A DNA stretch of 21,230 bases, from assembly GCA_049975265.1 (NCBI GenBank), contig JBNGDF010000035.1, positions 1 to 21,230 of the forward strand. Reading direction: 5' to 3'. The notes under the pieces are model-generated. The model worked only from the letters and a program-made list of their open reading frames with translations. It had not been told where the DNA came from and made no database searches. How positions within the stretch are numbered: position 1 is the stretch's first letter; every line of letters begins with the position of its first letter. The DNA comes from Fidelibacterota bacterium. Its GTDB lineage: Bacteria > Fidelibacterota > UBA2242. This document shows positions 17,106 through 21,230 of this stretch, piece by piece. A program made the translations under genes and the position numbers.

Positions 17106-18467
17106 TTGAAAGAATTGCAAAAAAAACCGTTGATCGTTTTCATTACTCTTTTAGGTATTGTAACGATTGCCGGTGCCCAGACCCGGCGCGATCCCCGGGG
17201 TATGGCTCTGGCGGGTGCCTATGGTGTCATGGCGCGCGGTCTTTTTTGCGTGGATTACAATCCGGCGAATCTGGCGATTCCGGAACAATATAAGTCCTAC
17301 CGGGTCTGGGGCGGGGTGGCAACGAGCCTGACCAACAATATGCTGTCGTTGAAAAATTACGGTAAGTATAACGGACAGGACCTGGAAGCCGATGACGGTC
17401 TGTTGAAAGAGGAGTTCCTGGCAGAAATCCCGGACAACGGCTTTCGGTTGTTTACCGATCTTCATCTGCCGCTGCCTTATCTGAATTTTTCCAGGTATAA
17501 TAAAGCCTTTACCACGGATCTGATCGCGATCGGTGATATCGGTCTGCCGAAAGGCATAATGACATTTCTTTTTGAGGGTAATCCCATCGGCGAGGAGATG
17601 AGTCTGGACTTTCGGGAAGATTTCCTGATCATGAATCAATATGCCTACTCCTTCGCTTTCCCGGTGAAAAAACTGTTTTTTGGTGTTTCGCTGAAATATC
17701 TGCAGGGGATCACCTGTTTTGGTCTTAATCCCGACTCCTCCTATGGCTATGTGAAAACCAACTTTGGGACCCAAAAAAATTATCTGGAGGGCGAAGGCTA
17801 TTACCTCTTTCAGCAATCCGTGGGCGGGCGGGGGTTTGCCCTGGACCTGGGCATTACCACTCAGGAAATCGACGGCTACCGCCTCGGTTTTTCGGTGACC
17901 AACCTTTTCGGGAGGATCAACTGGAACAAGAGTACCATTGTTTCCCGAATAATGGGAAACAAGGGCTTCATCGGCGACGGCGGCAATTATGCCTACTGGT
18001 TTCAGATCAATGAAGCCCGGATGGATAAATTTTTTGGTAAAGCCGGTTTCCAGGAGCTCTTTCCCGGCGGCAACCGGGCGCTCTCCGATTCGTCGGAATT
18101 TAGCATGCATTATCCCAGTTTAGCCCGTTTCAGTATGTCGAAATGGCTTGAAGAGGGAATGCAGCTGGCGATGGATTTCGTTGTCGGCTTTGAGGATCGG
18201 TTGTACTCTTTCGGTGCCTGGAAGTGGAGTACCGGGATCGAGATTACGAAAAATCCCCGTTTTCCGCTGCGGGCGGGCGTCTCGGTGGGTGGCTGGAAGC
18301 AGCTGGAGCTGACCTTCGGCAGCGGCTTTCACACCGGATTCATTCATGTTGACTGGGCGCTGGGTCTCAATCAGGGTCTCTGGTTCACCACCGCCAAGGG
18401 TCTCAATCTCTGCCTGAATGTCTATACCACCGGCAAGCGCAGGGATTTTCAGAAAGGTGAATCGTGA
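17106..18467 (+). CDS. Outer-membrane beta-barrel, FadL/PorV/DUF5723-like (module 2)
   Basis: Likely TTG start at 17106 (AGGA at 17097-17100; exact start uncertain), signal peptide ending IAGA|Q, and PRGMALAGAY...DYNPANLA. Colinear paralogue of 13372-14796. Confidence 0.8.
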   Translation: MKELQKKPLIVFITLLGIVTIAGAQTRRDPRGMALAGAYGVMARGLFCVDYNPANLAIPEQYKSYRVWGGVATSLTNNMLSLKNYGKYNGQDLEADDGLLKEEFLAEIPDNGFRLFTDLHLPLPYLNFSRYNKAFTTDLIAIGDIGLPKGIMTFLFEGNPIGEEMSLDFREDFLIMNQYAYSFAFPVKKLFFGVSLKYLQGITCFGLNPDSSYGYVKTNFGTQKNYLEGEGYYLFQQSVGGRGFALDLGITTQEIDGYRLGFSVTNLFGRINWNKSTIVSRIMGNKGFIGDGGNYAYWFQINEARMDKFFGKAGFQELFPGGNRALSDSSEFSMHYPSLARFSMSKWLEEGMQLAMDFVVGFEDRLYSFGAWKWSTGIEITKNPRFPLRAGVSVGGWKQLELTFGSGFHTGFIHVDWALGLNQGLWFTTAKGLNLCLNVYTTGKRRDFQKGES

Positions 18468-18498
18468 ACGCCTGCCCGATCTCTTCATCGGCGAAGAT

Positions 18499-18527
18499 GT
18501 AGAGGTCAGAGATTATCTGGTCAATCC
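18499..18527 (+). repeat. Degenerate GTAG-type REP-like hairpin
   Basis: GTAG (18499-18502), then GGTCAGA-gatta-TCTGGTC (7-bp stem with two G-T pairs), overlapping the stop codon of the RAYT remnant. Confidence 0.35.
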
Positions 18528-18662
18528 GTATAATTTGAATCTGTTTCCCAATGCAAGGGGTTGTTGATAATATATTGGTGAATTTTATCCGATTCGTTTA
18601 CATTGCGCACAATATATTCATAATTCCAAGAGAATGTCCTCGACATAATTGCGTTGCCATAT
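18521..18662 (-). pseudogene. C-terminal remnant of a REP-associated tyrosine transposase (RAYT, IS200/IS605 Y1 family), frameshifted
   Basis: The minus strand reads IWQRNY (18662-18645) and, in another frame, NYEYIVRNVNESDKIHQYIINNPLHWETDSNYTD* (18625-18521). This matches the RAYT C-terminal pattern WQRNYYEHIIRNE..L..IR.YI.NNP..W. There is no HUH motif or N-terminal part. Confidence 0.8.
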
Positions 18663-18721
18663 ATGGTGGGTATCCGTGTTTGCGCGTATCCGTCATAAAA
18701 TAACTGTATTTTTTTGATAAA

Positions 18722-18836
18722 TTTTTACCCCCTGCTTTTGTCAATAAAACTCTTTGATTAGCAAAAACTTATATTTTTCTTTTTTTTCTTTTTAATTAAA
18801 AAAAGAGTTTTTTACCCCTGATTTTTGTCAATAAAA
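18722..18836. repeat. 28-bp imperfect direct repeat enclosing a 10-bp perfect inverted repeat
   Basis: TTTTTACCCCCTGCTTTTGTCAATAAAA (18722-18749) versus TTTTTACCCCTGATTTTTGTCAATAAAA (18809-18836). Inverted pair AAAACTCTTT (18746-18755) and AAAGAGTTTT (18802-18811). Confidence 0.85.
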
Positions 18837-20455
18837 TATCTTCTAAATTTTTTCCCACCCTTTGGTTTAATCTCTCTTTCCTTAACCAAATTATAGACAG
18901 TGGAGCTTAATCTTCTAATCGGTATTTCCTCTCCTACTCTTTTATGAATATCCCTAATCCCTGAGTATGGATAATTTTCTATGTCTTCGATAACTAGATT
19001 TTTCAATCGGTGTTCTGCTATATTGGATAGGTCTGTTTTTTCAAAAGCCGTTCCTTTTAGTATGGCGGGATTAATAAAATATCGCATACCTTTAGTTTTA
19101 CCTTTTGTCTGAACTATTTTAGATTTTAAAAGATTTCCGAGCCAGTTTTTGATTTGCTTATCATCTTTGCTTTGTATCTTTTTTGAAAACTCTGTCGCTA
19201 TTATAGATTTATGTTGAGCGATGATTCCAAGGCAAATAATTTCCTTCTGATTGAGTTGATATGTCGATTTAACTTTTTCAATCAATTGAATTATTTCAGG
19301 ACTTTTAATAGCATTATATACTGTTACAACAACTCTATCATTTTTTTCATCAACAACCGGCGGATGTTTTGCTTCGCTCAAAAGTATCTCATACATTTTA
19401 TCAAAACCACTGCCTTCTCTTTCCATAAGGTTCAAGTCATAGAAAATTTTTGATAAATGTTCGTTCCTTCTTACCGACTGGTGTAAAATGTTGTAGGGGG
19501 TCACACCTAATGGCAACAGTCCGGGATTATGAACTTCCAGTCTATCCGGATAGAGGTTGATAAAAATATCTCCTCTGGATGTATAGGGCTTATGTACCAG
19601 CGCATTGGCAAGTAATTCTCTGATGACATTTTCATTGTAGTGATTTATTATTCTTCTACCAAAGATCCCTTCTGAAATTTCAATGCCTTCTTTCCATTCC
19701 GGAATTCTTTGCCAGATGTCTTCTATTAGTTCTTTTGGATTGAGTGAAAAATTATCCCATACTTCTTTTTTGATTTTGTTGCCGTCCTGGTCAAACTTTA
19801 TAAATTGAACAATAGGTGCATATGACAAATTGGCTCTATGTTCTCTTTTGCCCACCCATAAGATACCTAAATTGGTTAAATATTTCCCGTCGAACATCTG
19901 ATAATATGAAAGGAGTTCTTCATACGATTTTTGTTTAACAAAATTATTTACTCTTGCAGAATTTTTAATATTACTTAGAAACTGATCCAGCTTTGCCTTG
20001 TTACTCTGATCAATCGTAATTTTTTGAACAACTTTTGTTTCCCAGATGAATGCTGGCTTGTCGGTAAATAATCTGGATAATTCGTCCGGTAAAACAGGTT
20101 TACAATCGTCTGAAATACGGATATAATATTGCCCATCAGTTGTTGAAGCAATGGTAGATTGAGAAGGAAAAACGTTTACTTTTATCCATTCTCCACCGTT
20201 TTGTTCGGTCTCCTTCGATACGGCAATACCAACATTTATAGTCAATTCGTTAATTCTCTTACGAATGGTCTCATCTAATCCTGCAGGAATTTCTTGATTT
20301 GCTGGTGGCAATTCTTCGTTGTTTTCGATCCCAATAGCAATGCTGCCTCCTTTTGCATTGGCAAAACAAACACAATCTTTTGCCAGCGATTTCCAGTCGG
20401 GGTTTTTACAGGTAAAGAGTTTCAATGATTTTTTATCATAGGTTGTATGTTCCAT
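18812..20455 (-). CDS. AlbA_2 (Schlafen-like) domain + HATPase_c_4 (RecG-C-like) + winged-helix protein
   Basis: N-terminal EHTTYDKKS...KDCVCFANAKGGSIAIGIEN and YYIRISD (AlbA_2). Central IRELLANALVHKPY, LEVHNPG, RNEHLSKIF and MEREGSGFDKM. Two C-terminal wHTH-like segments (TKGKTKGMRY, KGGKKFRRY). About 33% GC in sampled lines. Confidence 0.88.
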   Translation of the reverse strand: MEHTTYDKKSLKLFTCKNPDWKSLAKDCVCFANAKGGSIAIGIENNEELPPANQEIPAGLDETIRKRINELTINVGIAVSKETEQNGGEWIKVNVFPSQSTIASTTDGQYYIRISDDCKPVLPDELSRLFTDKPAFIWETKVVQKITIDQSNKAKLDQFLSNIKNSARVNNFVKQKSYEELLSYYQMFDGKYLTNLGILWVGKREHRANLSYAPIVQFIKFDQDGNKIKKEVWDNFSLNPKELIEDIWQRIPEWKEGIEISEGIFGRRIINHYNENVIRELLANALVHKPYTSRGDIFINLYPDRLEVHNPGLLPLGVTPYNILHQSVRRNEHLSKIFYDLNLMEREGSGFDKMYEILLSEAKHPPVVDEKNDRVVVTVYNAIKSPEIIQLIEKVKSTYQLNQKEIICLGIIAQHKSIIATEFSKKIQSKDDKQIKNWLGNLLKSKIVQTKGKTKGMRYFINPAILKGTAFEKTDLSNIAEHRLKNLVIEDIENYPYSGIRDIHKRVGEEIPIRRLSSTVYNLVKEREIKPKGGKKFRRYFIDKNQG

Positions 20456-20457
20456 AT

Positions 20458-21230
20458 TTATTTTTTCCCTTCAACTATCCTTATTTCCTCCTCGGTCAGG
20501 CCGTAAAGCTGGTAAACCAGCTGGTCTATTTGCCGCTCCTGCTCTTGCGTGTTCGCTTGCGGATTATCTTTCTTTGCAGCCAGGATGCTGTCAACCAGCG
20601 TCTCTATCTGCGAAGCAATGGGCTGATTGGCTGGGGTGATGGGGGGAATTTTAATTTTACCTAAATAATCTATTCCCTTACCACCTGTGAGATTCGCACT
20701 TACAAGAAATACGTGTTTAAAAAGAAAACTATTAAAGATACCTAATAATAACCTCAAGTTGGAACCAGTAACCAAATAAAGTTTATTGGTTAAAAACAAT
20801 CCTTTATTAACAATTGTTGCGTCCATATTCTTGGATATTTCTCTATATACCACCTTCTCCTTTTCGAATTCGGGGTAGTACCCTATTTGGTCCTGGGTCT
20901 CAAACCATTTATTGCCTGTTTTTTTTCGAGATTTGGTTCCGTCTGCTAAAGTTTTTCCCGCTTGTTCTAATCTCTCTTTTCCGAAGTTCAGTAAATGTTT
21001 TTTTACTGCCGGATATTGATCTATATCTACATGCAAGGGGGGAAAAGTGGCAATCACCCACAGCCCTTTCCAATCATAGCGGTAGCGTTTAATATCCCGG
21101 CCGCGCAGGATGGGTTTCAGTATCTCGGCGGATTTGGGATCTTCGGCGCAAAGCCGTTCTTTGACCGGCGTGTCTATGATAAAGGCTTCATTCAGTCCGG
21201 TCTTTATTCCATAGTAAATATTCACGTCCC
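20458..21230 (-). CDS. Type IIG (Eco57I/TaqI-C-like) restriction-modification enzyme, C-terminal specificity region (partial, 5' part outside the window)
   Basis: DVNIYYGIKTGLNEAFIID, KPILRGRDIKRY, KWFETQDQIGYYPEFEKEKVVY and IDQLVYQLYGLTEEEIRIVE. The frame is open to the window edge, so the track's GTG start is internal. Confidence 0.88.
   Translation of the reverse strand, partial: DVNIYYGIKTGLNEAFIIDTPVKERLCAEDPKSAEILKPILRGRDIKRYRYDWKGLWVIATFPPLHVDIDQYPAVKKHLLNFGKERLEQAGKTLADGTKSRKKTGNKWFETQDQIGYYPEFEKEKVVYREISKNMDATIVNKGLFLTNKLYLVTGSNLRLLLGIFNSFLFKHVFLVSANLTGGKGIDYLGKIKIPPITPANQPIASQIETLVDSILAAKKDNPQANTQEQERQIDQLVYQLYGLTEEEIRIVEGKK

Noticed and set aside
18476..18497. Intrinsic terminator after the second barrel gene
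   Set aside because: Only short alternative 5-bp hairpins (CCGAT/ATCGG and TCTTC/GAAGA) with no U tract.
18602..18629. dif-like site (ATTGCGCACAA resembles the XerC arm GGTGCGCATAA)
   Set aside because: There is no TTATGTTAAA-type XerD arm after a 6-nt spacer, and the sequence is better explained as RAYT coding remnant.
18722..18836. Mini CRISPR array
   Set aside because: There are only two imperfect copies, the spacer is low-complexity, one copy is coding sequence, and no cas genes are present.

Overview
The window has two compositionally distinct parts. Positions 1-18467 (about 50% GC, all on the + strand) are core genome of a diderm bacterium, probably in the FCB superphylum or an allied lineage. 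That assignment is an inference from the xerC-hpf-hprK order, Gln-start secreted proteins and D-S/T-hydrophobic sequons. Gene order: mtnP, ileS (type 2, with a non-canonical GVHH/DMHKS signature), a DksA/TraR zinc finger, a RluA/RluD pseudouridine synthase, xerC, hpf, hprK, an NDP-sugar nucleotidyltransferase, metK and ahcY. These are followed by two tandem, diverged copies of an uncharacterised module made of a large repeat lipoprotein and a FadL/PorV-like 'NPA' beta-barrel. Both lipoproteins are built from ~135-aa units and each carries about 16 Bacteroidetes-type O-glycosylation sequons. Positions ~18500-21230 (AT-rich, - strand) are the edge of a defence-type island. It holds a frameshifted remnant of a REP-associated Y1 transposase that the ORF track misses, an AlbA_2/Schlafen-HATPase-wHTH gene, and the 3' end of a Type IIG restriction-modification gene with a low-GC specificity segment. 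All counts and alignments were done by eye; no database searches were run.
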